The translations under genes were made by a program, and so were the position numbers. The notes beneath the pieces were generated by a model. The model was not told the DNA's origin, did no database searches, and worked only from the letters and a program-made list of their open reading frames with translations. Below are positions 37,392-46,467 of a stretch of DNA of 64,000 bases, one piece after another (position 1 is the first letter of the stretch; each line of letters starts with the position of its first letter). The stretch covers positions 1,318-65,317 of the forward strand of contig JACCWD010000090.1 in NCBI GenBank assembly GCA_013697825.1. Reading direction: 5' to 3'. Source of the stretch: Rubrobacter sp. GTDB lineage: Bacteria; Actinomycetota; Rubrobacteria; Rubrobacterales; Rubrobacteraceae.

Positions 37392-40300
37392 ATGACGACA
37401 CAACGTTCACATACGTTCGGAGTTTTGCTCAAGCGCCACCGAGACGCCGCCGGGATGACGCAAGAGGAACTCGCCTCGCGCTCCGGCCTCGGTGTCCGCA
37501 CCATAAGCAACCTCGAACGCGGCGTGAATAAAACCCCGTACCAAAACACCGTCCGCCGCCTCGCCGACGCCCTCGAACTCCCGGACGACGAACGCGCCTC
37601 CCTCTCGGCCTCCGCCCGACCCCTCGCCCCCCACTTCCCATCCCCCACTTCCCATCCCCCACTTCCCATCCCCCGCTCCCCATCTTTCCGGCGGTTTTCT
37701 CGGGGCGGTTCCGCCGGGGCGGCTCGTGGCGCGTGAAGAGGAGTCGGCCCGGATCTCGACCGTTCTCGAAACCGTCTCCGAAGGGGCGGGGCGAACCCTC
37801 TTTCTCGCGGGGGAGCCGGGGATCGGGAAGACGAGGCTCGCTCAGGAAGCGTGTATGCGCGCTCGGGATCTCGGCTTCCTCGTGGCCGCCGGGCGATGCT
37901 ACGAGGCGACGGGCGGCGCGCCTTTTTATCCGTTCCTCGAAGCGTTGTCGATGCTTTTCGAGGCCGCTCCGAGGGGGGTTCGAGATGGGGTTTCGGAGAG
38001 GTGGCCGTATCTCACGCGGCTCCTCCCCGATCATTTCCCGTCCCGATCCGGCCCTCCCCCGGAGAGCGCCGAGGAGCTTCGATGGCTTTTTCGAGCGGTG
38101 GAGGGGTTCGTACGGGAGGCCGCCGGAGCCTCGCCTGTCGCGTTTCTTTTCGACGACCTTCACTGGGCGGACGGGGCGAGCATCGACCTCCTCGCGCATC
38201 TCTCGCGGCATACGGGCGGGGATCCCATCCTCATCGTCGGAACGTTCCGCGACGCGGAGGCCGGGCGCGGACACCCTTTGCGAAGGCTCGTCTCCGACCT
38301 CGGGCGCGAGGGCGTCGGCGAGAGGATTTTCCTCCCGCGCTTCGGGAAAGAAGACACGGCCTCGCTCGTGGGCGAGAGGCTCGGGGGACGGAGGTTTCGG
38401 GGGAGTTCGCGTGGCTCATGCACCGGCACACGCTCGGGAACCCTTTCTTCACCGTCGAGGCGCTTCGGGCTCTCGTCGAGCGCGGCGATCTTTCGCGGTG
38501 GGAGGGGCGGTGGGTGCGGAAGGAAATCTCCGGCATCGAAATCCCCGAGAGCGTGAGCGAGGCCATCTCCGAGAGGGCCTCGCGCCTCGCGCAGGGAACC
38601 CTCGAAACCCTCGAAGCGGCGAGCGTCCTCGGACACGCATTCGCCTTCGAGGATTTGCCGGGCGGCGACGAGGACGCCGAAGCCTCGCTCGAAGAGGCCA
38701 TCGAAGCCGGGCTCCTCCACACCGAGGGTGAACTTTACGCCTTCGACCACCCCCTCATCGCGCAAACTTTGTACGCCGCCCTCTCCCCCGCCCGCCGGAA
38801 AAGACTCCACCGAACGGCGGGCGAGGCGATGGAGAACCTCGGAGAGCGGGGTCGGAAACGCCGGGCGGCGGAAATTTCACACCACTTCTCCGAGGGCGGA
38901 GAGCCGACACGGGCGAGGCCATACGCCCTTCTCGCCGGGGAGGACGCCGAGGCCATGCTCGCCCTCGCCGAAGCCGAACGCCATTACCGCGAAGCCCTCC
39001 GCCTCGCCGAGGAAACCGAAGACCACACCGGAGAAACCGAGGCTTCGACGAGGATCGGCGCGATCCTCACCCTCTCCGGCCGGTGCGACGAAGCGGTGGA
39101 CATCCTCGAACGAGCGATGGAAACGGCGGCGGAGAACGGGGATCGGGAGGGCGAGGCGCGGGCCGCGGCGCGGCTCGGACTCGCCCACTTTTACAAAGGC
39201 GGAGCATCGAACGAGTTCATCACACGCCTCCGAACCCTCGCGGAGGAGTTCGCGTCCTCGGGCGTTCGGGCGGAGAGTTCGGCGGCTCTTTGGCGTTCGC
39301 TCTCCGCACTCTTCTTCGCCGCCCGGCGGTACGAGGAGTCTTTGGAGGCGGCGAGGCGGACGGCGAGTTTCGCCCGCGAGGCCGGGGATGGTTTCGCGGC
39401 GGTTCGGGCGGGGATGGCGTGCGGGCAAGCCCTCATCTTCCTCCGCCGCCCGGAGGAGGCGCGGGCGGAACTCGAAGCGGCGATGGAACTCGCCGAGGAG
39501 TCCGACGACACTTTGAACGTCCTTTTCGGCGCGCTCATGCTCGACCTCCTCGACACGGCCCGCGGAGCGTTCGAGCGAAGCATCGAGTGGTCCGCTCGCG
39601 GCTTTGCGCTCGCGGAGCGGCTCGGCAACAAAGCATGAAACGTCCTTCCGGCTCGCGAGGGGCGGACTCGTCCGTTTTTACCGGGGCGAGTGGAGGGAAG
39701 CACGCGAGCATCTCGAACGGGCGTCGGAAACATCCCGCGCCATCGGGCCGATGTTCCTCTCCGCGTGGGCGCCGATGTATTTGGGCGCGCTTTGCATGGC
39801 CGAGGGGAAATACGAGGACGCCGCCCGCCACCTCGAAGAAGCCCGAAACCTCGCGGAGAAAGTCCGGTGGCCGACCTCGCTCCGATACGAGATGTCCCTC
39901 CGGGCGGAACTCCACATCCTCGAAGGCCGTCCCGAGGACGCCGTCGCCCTCCTCGAACCACTCGCCGAAGCCTCCGAGCACGACTGGGTGTACGCCACCG
40001 TCCTTCTCACGACCCTCGCGTGGGGCCGCCTCGAAACGGGAGACGAGAAGGAGGCCGAAAAGCTCGCTGATCGAGCCACCGAAGAAGCCGCTCGCATGAA
40101 AAACTGGGTGGACATGGTGGGCGTGCTCCGAGTCAAAGGCATGGCCCTCGCCCGTCAAAGCCGCGAAGAGGAAGCGAGCGCGGCGTTCGAGGAGGCATTG
40201 TCACTCGCCCGCTCCATGCCGTATCCATACGCCGAGGCGAGGGTTCTCCGTGAATACGGTACGCTCCACGTTCACAAAGAAGCGATCGACCTCGCCCGGA

Positions 40301-40404
40301 AAGACCTCTCCGCCGCGCTCGGCATCTTCCGTCGGCTCGGGGCGGGGAGGGATGTCGAGGAGGTCGAGCGGGCTCTCGGCGCCATCGGCTTACGGAAGGC
40401 TTGA
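37392..40404 (+). pseudogene. XRE-HTH + AAA(AAA_16-like) ATPase + TPR regulator, read in four frame segments
   Basis: HTH (LASRSGLGVRTISNLERG), Walker A (GEPGIGKTRL), Walker B (FLFDDLHWAD), then long TPR-like helices. Frame changes fall at about 37620-37715, at the G5 run 38383-38387, and at about 39627-39634. Confidence 0.65.
37628..37683. repeat. 14-nt tandem repeat (CCCCCACTTCCCAT x3 plus one degenerate unit)
   Basis: Counted directly: units at 37628, 37642 and 37656, with a degenerate unit at 37670. It lies in the HTH-ATPase linker, where the first frame change must occur. Confidence 0.8.
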
Positions 40405-40421
40405 GTCTCGCGCTAGTAGGC

Positions 40422-40729
40422 GGGTTTCAGGCGTCAGGTTTCAGGCTTCAGGAGAAACCTCTCGGACGATCCGGCATCGCTGATGGAGACTTCGACGGCG
40501 CGATGGCTCGATACTTATGGACTCCGCCGTGAGTTTCGAGGGCGGGCGGCTCGACCACCCGCCCCTACGACGGGGGTGCGAAGATGGGAGGGAAGCGGTG
40601 ATCACGAACTCGGCTGTGGGGCGATGAAGGCGCGGACGCGCTTCGCCGGGAAAGAAAACGCCGCCCCGTTTTCCGAGGCGGCGTTTCGTGTATGGCGTAT
40701 TTTCCTGATGCCTGAAACCTGAAGCCTTC
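40422..40729. repeat. Heptamer-array inverted-repeat element, ~300-bp form (TTCAGG words)
   Basis: Left arm GGGTTTCAGGCGTCAGGTTTCAGGCTTCAGG. Right arm CGTGTATGGCGTATTTTCCTGATGCCTGAAACCTGAAGCCTTC, ending at the sdhB stop codon. Internal 8-bp GC hairpin ACGCCGCC/GGCGGCGT. Confidence 0.7.
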
Positions 40730-41541
40730 TAGCTCGAAGAAGAGCCGTTCCTCCGGCCGCGGAGCTTCCTCATAAGCCACTTCGCCGGATCGTAGTATTC
40801 ATCCGCGACGCGCTCTTTCAACGGGATGATGGAATTGTCGGTTATTTTTATGCCGACGGGGCATACTTCCGTGCAGCATTTGGTGATGTTGCAAAGCCCG
40901 ACGCCGTCGTCTTCCTTTATGTCTTCGAGGCGGTTTTGGTTGTCCATCGGGTGCATCTCGAGCCATTGGTTCCGCACGAAGAAGCGGGGGCCGGCGAACT
41001 CCTCATGCTTGTGGTGCGTCCGCAAAACGTGGCACACGTCTTGGCACATGAAGCACTCGATGCACTTCTTCGGCTCGTAGAGGCGTTCGACGTCCTCTTC
41101 GTACATCGTGAACGGGGCTTGCTCGTCGCTGTGGAACGGGTTGATCCTCTTCGACACCTCGTAGTTCCACGACACGTCGGAGACGAGATCCTTTACGACG
41201 GGGAACGCCCGGAGCGGCCCGACGTTTATTTCGCCGCCCTCGTACTCGTCCACGCGGCTTTTGCAAAGCAGTTTCGGCTTGCCGTTTATCTCCGCGCTGC
41301 ACGAGCCGCAGTGCGCCGCTTTGCAATTCCACCGGACCGCGAGGTCGCCTTCCTGCTCGGCCTGAATTTTCAGAACCGCGTCGAGGACGACCATGCCCTC
41401 GGCGAGCTCGACCTCGTATTCGACCTCCTTGCCGCCCTCCTCGGTGCCGCGGAAGATGTTCAGTTTTACTTTCTTCTTCGGGCCGTCGTCGGCGATGGCG
41501 GTCGCGCCCGCCCTTGCCGGGGAGTTTCCGTTCTCCGTCAA
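40729..41541 (-). CDS. sdhB: Succinate dehydrogenase/fumarate reductase iron-sulfur subunit
   Basis: Cys clusters (CKAAHCGSCSAEING, CIECFMCQDVC, CNITKCCTEVCP). The TTG start overlaps the sdhA stop (TTGA); the longer ORF 40729..42201 overlaps sdhA. Confidence 0.9.
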   Translation of the reverse strand: MTENGNSPARAGATAIADDGPKKKVKLNIFRGTEEGGKEVEYEVELAEGMVVLDAVLKIQAEQEGDLAVRWNCKAAHCGSCSAEINGKPKLLCKSRVDEYEGGEINVGPLRAFPVVKDLVSDVSWNYEVSKRINPFHSDEQAPFTMYEEDVERLYEPKKCIECFMCQDVCHVLRTHHKHEEFAGPRFFVRNQWLEMHPMDNQNRLEDIKEDDGVGLCNITKCCTEVCPVGIKITDNSIIPLKERVADEYYDPAKWLMRKLRGRRNGSSSS

Positions 41542-43325
41542 ACTTTCGCTCCTTTTGCGCTCTGGTCGAGAAGCTCCGCGAGGTGGTCGGGGATCGGCGG
41601 TATCTCGCGGCGCTCGATCTCGACTTCCCCCTGCGGCCCCTTCTTCGATATGAAGTTTATGTTCCCGTACTCTTCCACAAGCTCGTCGTGGTCGAGCCTC
41701 CACTGAGAGCCGCGCTTCTCTTTCCTCTCGATGGCGCACCTCACGATAAGCTCGGAAACTTGAACGAGGTACCGTATATCCTGCGCGGTGTGCCAGCCGG
41801 GGTTGAAAAGCCGGTTCCCCCCCACCTTCACGTTCGGCACGCGATCCTTTATGGCGAGGATCTTCCGAAGCCCTTCCTTGAGCGCGTCCTCGTCGCGGAC
41901 GAGGTTCGCATGCTCCATCATCACATCCTGAAGCTCGGACTGGAGGAGGTACGGGCTCTCGTCGTTGTCCGACGCCGGACGCTCCATCGGATCGAGGACT
42001 CGACGTATCTCGGTTTGAACGTCCTCTTCGGGGATGTCGGTTCCGTGCGTATTTTGCTCGACGTACTCGATGGCCCCGATACCCGCCCGCCGCCCGAAGA
42101 CGAGGAGGTCGGAGAGCGAGTTCCCGCCGAGGCGGTTCGCCCCGTGGAGTCCGCCCGAGCATTCCCCGGCGGCGAAGAGGCCCGGCACGGTGGTGGCGCA
42201 ATGCTCGGACTCGACCTTTATGCCGCCCATCGTGTAGTGGATGGTCGGGAAGACCTCCATCGGCTCCTTCGCGATGTCCACGTCGGCGAGCTTGAGAAAC
42301 TGCTCGTGCATCGTCGGGAGCTTCGCCATGATCCCCTCATAACCGAGGTGCGTGATGTCGAGGTACACCCCGCCATGCTCGCTCCCCCGCCCCGCCTGAA
42401 CCTCCGAGAAGTTCGCCCGAGCCACGACGTCCCTCGAAGAAAGCTCCATCCTCTCGGGGTCGTAGTCGCCCATGTACCGCTTGCCTTCGGAGTTTTTGAG
42501 GACTCCGCCTTCTCCGCGAACTCCCTCGGTCACGAGAAGCCCTCTCACTCCGGGGGGCCATACCATCCCGGTCGGGTGGAATTGAACCATCTCCATGTCG
42601 ACCATCTCGGCTCCGGCATCGTAGGCGAGGATCGCGCCGTCGCCGGTGCCTTCCCACGAGTTCGAGGTAACTTTGAAGATGCGGCCCCATCCGCCCGTCG
42701 CCATGACGGTCGCCTTCGCTTTGTAGTGGATGAACTTCCCGCTCTCGCGGGTGTACGCCAATGCTCCGACTACTCGACCGCTCGCGTCTTGGAGGAGCTT
42801 CGTGACCGTCGTCTCCATATAGACTTTCGTGTCTGTGGCGAGGACTTTTTCCTGCATGGTGCGGATGAGTTCGAGGCCGGTGCGATCGCCGACGTGGGCG
42901 AGGCGGCGGTATGTGTGCGCTCCGAACGGTCGTTGGGAGATCTTCCCTTCCGGCGTCCGGTTGAAGAGCGCCCCCCATTGTTCGAGTTCGTATACCCGGC
43001 CGGGGGATTCTTTGGCGTGGATCTCCGCCATGCGCCAGTTGTTTATGAACTTGCCGCCCTTCATGGTGTCTATGAAGTGCTGGCGCCACGAGTCTTCGGA
43101 GTCCACATTGCCGATGGCGGCGGCCATTCCGCCTTCGGCCATGACGGTGTGGGCCTTCCCGAGGAGGCTCTTTGTCACGATGCCGACGGAGAGTCCCTTT
43201 TCGGAGGCTTCGACGGCGGCCCGCATGCCCGCGCCTCCGGCTCCGATTATGAGGATGTCGTGTTCGCGAACCTCGAAGTTTTCGCGGTTTCCGTTTTTGT
43301 TTGCGTTAGCGTCCAAATCAACCAC
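41538..43325 (-). CDS. sdhA: Succinate dehydrogenase/fumarate reductase flavoprotein subunit
   Basis: FAD motif DILIIGAGGAGMRAA, the His-FAD site region AHTVMAEGG, and GLFAAGE. 595 aa. Confidence 0.95.
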   Translation of the reverse strand: MVDLDANANKNGNRENFEVREHDILIIGAGGAGMRAAVEASEKGLSVGIVTKSLLGKAHTVMAEGGMAAAIGNVDSEDSWRQHFIDTMKGGKFINNWRMAEIHAKESPGRVYELEQWGALFNRTPEGKISQRPFGAHTYRRLAHVGDRTGLELIRTMQEKVLATDTKVYMETTVTKLLQDASGRVVGALAYTRESGKFIHYKAKATVMATGGWGRIFKVTSNSWEGTGDGAILAYDAGAEMVDMEMVQFHPTGMVWPPGVRGLLVTEGVRGEGGVLKNSEGKRYMGDYDPERMELSSRDVVARANFSEVQAGRGSEHGGVYLDITHLGYEGIMAKLPTMHEQFLKLADVDIAKEPMEVFPTIHYTMGGIKVESEHCATTVPGLFAAGECSGGLHGANRLGGNSLSDLLVFGRRAGIGAIEYVEQNTHGTDIPEEDVQTEIRRVLDPMERPASDNDESPYLLQSELQDVMMEHANLVRDEDALKEGLRKILAIKDRVPNVKVGGNRLFNPGWHTAQDIRYLVQVSELIVRCAIERKEKRGSQWRLDHDELVEEYGNINFISKKGPQGEVEIERREIPPIPDHLAELLDQSAKGAKV

Positions 43326-43339
43326 CTTGCCTAAAAATT

Positions 43340-44101
43340 TTAGCCGCCGAAAGGAATGAGTACGTAGTCAGTGATCGTACCCGCCGCGACGAGCCTCAAA
43401 TATATGTCCGTGAAGAGGAGCGAGAAGAGGCTATACCATGCCCACTGCGGGTGCTTCGCGTTGAGTCGGCTCACGAAGTTGTATGTCTTCCTTCGGGCGT
43501 TCCCGCCCCGGACGCACGAATAACAATCCATGTTCCCGCCGACGAGGTGGCGGAAGGAGTGGCACGAGAACGTGTACGCCGAGACGAGGATGATGTTCGC
43601 GAACCAGAGGAAGGAGCCGACGGCGATCTGGAACCCGTCGTACGTGAAGACGGTTCGGAATGCCTCGTACCAAAGGAACGCGATGACGAAGAAAGAGGCG
43701 TAAAGGAAATAGCGGTGGACGTTGTTGAGGACGAAGAGGGCCCGCTCCCCGCGGTAGTTCTCCGCGCTGCGCGGCTCTCTATTCTGCGCGCTCGCCTGGC
43801 ACGCGGGGGGATCCCAGAAAAACGCCCGGTAATACGCCTTGCGGTAGTAATAACAAGTCGCCCGGAATCCGAGCGGTATCCACAAGAGGAGCATCGGGGC
43901 AGTAATGAAGGCCGGAGCCCACGCCGGGGTTTCCATGGTCGCCGTGAACGAGAAGAAAGGCGAAATATACTGTTCGTACTGGCCTCCGGCGAAGACGATC
44001 ACCGCAGTCGAATAAATGCCGAAGGCGATCAAAACCCCGGCCACGGTGAAAGGCTCGACCCACCACGGCAACTTCTTCCAAGCGGCTGCGACGCTAGACA
44101 A
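43340..44101 (-). CDS. sdhC: Succinate dehydrogenase cytochrome b subunit (five-TM type)
   Basis: Polytopic protein upstream of sdhA. Start set at the TTG at 44101, preceded by GAGGGAG; further upstream the ORF runs into a repeat element. Confidence 0.7.
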   Translation of the reverse strand: MSSVAAAWKKLPWWVEPFTVAGVLIAFGIYSTAVIVFAGGQYEQYISPFFSFTATMETPAWAPAFITAPMLLLWIPLGFRATCYYYRKAYYRAFFWDPPACQASAQNREPRSAENYRGERALFVLNNVHRYFLYASFFVIAFLWYEAFRTVFTYDGFQIAVGSFLWFANIILVSAYTFSCHSFRHLVGGNMDCYSCVRGGNARRKTYNFVSRLNAKHPQWAWYSLFSLLFTDIYLRLVAAGTITDYVLIPFGG

Positions 44102-44210
44102 TGCCTGAACTCCCTCTTCTAGGTGCCGATTCTCAAAGCGAAATCCCAATGTCGCTTGTAACCGGCAGTATAGAGGATTCGCACATACTGTTTTGTGAAA
44201 CATTTCCGAA

Positions 44211-44380
44211 AAAGGCTTCAGGCATCGAGCTTCAGGTTTCAGGTAAATACCCTGTGCACGGAACACTTCCCCGCTCTCGAAGCGGCTTCGGTTTTCGTGA
44301 CATATCTCTATATGTTCGCCGATGCGTAGTCTGAACAGCGAATCGCCGTGGAGGGAGAAACCTGATGCCTGATGCCTAAA
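44211..44380. repeat. Heptamer-array inverted-repeat element, ~170-bp form (TTCAGG words)
   Basis: Left arm AAAGGCTTCAGGCATCGAGCTTCAGGTTTCAGGTAAATACCCTGTGCACG; right arm GAAACCTGATGCCTGATGCCT. Lies between the rnpB 3' end and sdhC. Confidence 0.7.
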
Positions 44381-44381
44381 A

Positions 44382-44771
44382 GTCCGGGCCGTCCCGTAAG
44401 CCGGATTCCGCTCTATCCCATCATCCATCTCCGGAGTTTCCTCCGGGCTTCCCCGCGGGGAAGCTGCGCCTACCCGTCCGGTCTTTCGACCGGAGCACTT
44501 TGGCTTGCTCGCACCGGTTGTTTACCTGGCCGGCCCCTCTCGGGGTACCGCCGGTGGGCTCTTACCCCACCCTTTCACCCATCACCTGTGTGGGAGGCGA
44601 AGCCTTCCACCATCGGCTGGTCTGCTCTCTGTTGCACTTGACGTGGCGGAGGGCTTGCGCCCACCGCCCCTCGGGTTGTTAGCCCGAGCGGCCTTTACTG
44701 CGAGTCCGGACTTTGCTCTACGACGGAGGACGCATCCCCCGCCGCAGCGATGGGTCGGACGGCCCGAACCT
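44382..44771 (-). ncRNA. rnpB: RNase P RNA (bacterial type A)
   Basis: On the minus strand: AGAGCAAAGTCCGGAC near the 5' end, GGGTGAAAGGGTGGGGTAAGAGCCCACCGG, and GAATCCGGCTTACGGGACGGCCCGG at the 3' end pairing with the 5' GGGCCGTCC (P1). Confidence 0.85.
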
Positions 44772-44777
44772 CGGGCG

Positions 44778-44783
44778 ATTATA
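44778..44783 (-). promoter_or_regulatory. -10 box (TATAAT) of rnpB
   Basis: A perfect TATAAT on the minus strand about 7 nt upstream of the inferred P1 5' end. Confidence 0.5.
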
Positions 44784-44799
44784 CGGCTTCGGAGGAAAC

Positions 44800-45159
44800 T
44801 TACGATTCGCGGCGGAGAATGTATATCTTGTTTTGCGTCACATGGAGTTCGACTTTGTCGGTCTCTCTCCACTGGCTCTTCCAGTATTCATCGTCGCCGA
44901 CCTCGGGGTCGAACCATACACCCGGCCCCTCAGGCTCGACGACGCCTTCGTATGAGGAGTAGTCGGTCGGGTCTTGCAAAGGGGAGCCGAGGCTGCGTCG
45001 GTATATACCGTTGCGCGAGCGGAACGACTGAACCGACGACGAACTCGTCCCGAGCGCGCTCGCGATCCACTCGTCGCTGCGACCTTCATCCACCCAGCGG
45101 CGGATGTCTTCTATGAACTTCCTCAGCGAAACTCTCTGGTTTATACCCATGTCTTCCAC
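44800..45159 (-). CDS. Hypothetical protein with possible N-terminal HTH
   Basis: 119-aa ORF in a lower-GC stretch. The SDEWIASALGTSSSSVQSFRSRNG segment is HTH-like. Confidence 0.4.
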   Translation of the reverse strand: MEDMGINQRVSLRKFIEDIRRWVDEGRSDEWIASALGTSSSSVQSFRSRNGIYRRSLGSPLQDPTDYSSYEGVVEPEGPGVWFDPEVGDDEYWKSQWRETDKVELHVTQNKIYILRRES

Positions 45160-45296
45160 ACCGCCTTCAGCAATAGAATAACTATACTATAAAACGAAGT
45201 CACGATAAACGCGAATAACGCGAATACACCCGATATTACGTAGCCTCGATCACACGGTTTCCGGCAAACTCGAACCTGCGGATATAGACTTTCCAC

Positions 45297-45587
45297 ATGG
45301 AGACTTTGCTGAATGTGATCGTGGCGATTCTGCGACTCGTGCCGCTCGTTCTCGTTTTCTATATTCCGTCTTTGATCGGGATGGCGATATGGAGCGAGAA
45401 AGGCGAAGCCTATAAAGTGAAGGCCGGGATATGGCTCGCCGTCGGCTTCACCGGAGTCCTCATAGTCGAGATCGTCTTCCGACACGTCTCATTCGTGCAA
45501 GTCGCCTCGACCATAGGCGTCTCCGCCTTCCAGTTCGCCGTCGCCCTCGCGCTCGCAGCCCTCACGGTTTACAAGCTCGCGGACTGA
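45297..45587 (+). CDS. Hypothetical small membrane protein
   Basis: 96 aa with three hydrophobic helices. Preferred over the antisense ORF 45141..45485. Confidence 0.4.
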   Translation: METLLNVIVAILRLVPLVLVFYIPSLIGMAIWSEKGEAYKVKAGIWLAVGFTGVLIVEIVFRHVSFVQVASTIGVSAFQFAVALALAALTVYKLAD

Positions 45588-46457
45588 CTAAGCGGCTTCC
45601 GCGAAGAATGCCCGGAGTTCGGTGAAGGTCTCTTCGGGGGCTTCCTCCGCCAAAAAGTGTCCACAGTCGAGCGGGTGTCCGCGAACGTCGTCCGCCCATT
45701 CGCGCCATATTTCGAGAACATCGTACCATTCTTCCAGATTTCCCCGACCGCCCCAAAGGGCGAGTACGGGACATTCGATCTTTTTACCCCCGCGGAGATC
45801 CTCTTCGTCGTGGGCATAGTCCATCGTGGCTCCGGCCCGATAGTCTTCGCATATCGCGTGGACGGTTCGGGGGTCGCGGAGGCAACGCTTGTATTCCTCG
45901 GAGGCTTCCGGGGCGAAAATGTCGGGACGGCCACGCAAAAGGAACCATTCCGGGTCGGCTGAGATGAGATGCTCGGGGATGTCGAAGGGCTGCGCGAGGA
46001 AAAACCAGTGCCAGTATCCCATACCGAACTTCATGTCCGCCCGCTGAAAAGCCTCGAACGTCGGTATGATGTCGAGCGTGGCGAGCTTGAGGACGCGCTC
46101 GGGATGGTCGAGGGCCATGCGGTACGCGCACCTTCCGCCCCGGTCGTGTCCCGCCACGAAGAAACGCTCGAACCCGAGGGATTCCATGACGGAAATTTGA
46201 TCGCGGGCCATCTCCCGCTTCGAATATGGGGCGTGGTCGGCGGTCGTCGGCGGCTTCGAAGAGTCGCCGTACCCGCGGAGATCCGTCGCCACCACCGTGA
46301 ACTCCTCGGCGAGGCGCGGAGCCACCTCGTGCCACATGACGTGCGTCTGCGGATTGCCGTGGAGCAATAAAAGCGGCGGCCCGCCCCCGCCAACGAGCGT
46401 CCGAATGGTCGCCCCACCGTCGGTGGCGATGTCGAACGATTCGAAGCCCTCGAACAC
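45588..46457 (-). CDS. Alpha/beta hydrolase (haloacetate dehalogenase / epoxide hydrolase-like)
   Basis: LLLLHGNPQT, the nucleophile elbow VAGHDRGG, and a C-terminal CGHFLAEE. Confidence 0.85.
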   Translation of the reverse strand: MFEGFESFDIATDGGATIRTLVGGGGPPLLLLHGNPQTHVMWHEVAPRLAEEFTVVATDLRGYGDSSKPPTTADHAPYSKREMARDQISVMESLGFERFFVAGHDRGGRCAYRMALDHPERVLKLATLDIIPTFEAFQRADMKFGMGYWHWFFLAQPFDIPEHLISADPEWFLLRGRPDIFAPEASEEYKRCLRDPRTVHAICEDYRAGATMDYAHDEEDLRGGKKIECPVLALWGGRGNLEEWYDVLEIWREWADDVRGHPLDCGHFLAEEAPEETFTELRAFFAEAA

Positions 46458-46467
46458 GAAGAAGTCC

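Noticed and set aside
37392-40404. Programmed ribosomal frameshifting as an explanation for the multi-frame regulator.
   Set aside because: Three shifts in alternating directions, with no slippery heptamer or downstream structure evident, make programmed frameshifting unlikely. Decay or indel errors fit better.
40483-40722. 79-aa ORF inside the TTCAGG-type element.
   Set aside because: There is no coding-like composition or motif. It is bounded by the element arms, and the equivalent position in the 44211 element has no matching ORF.
40729-42201. 490-aa extended version of sdhB.
   Set aside because: The N-terminal 220 aa overlap sdhA in another frame and are Arg-rich nonsense. The conserved Fe-S subunit begins at the TTG that overlaps the sdhA stop (41541).
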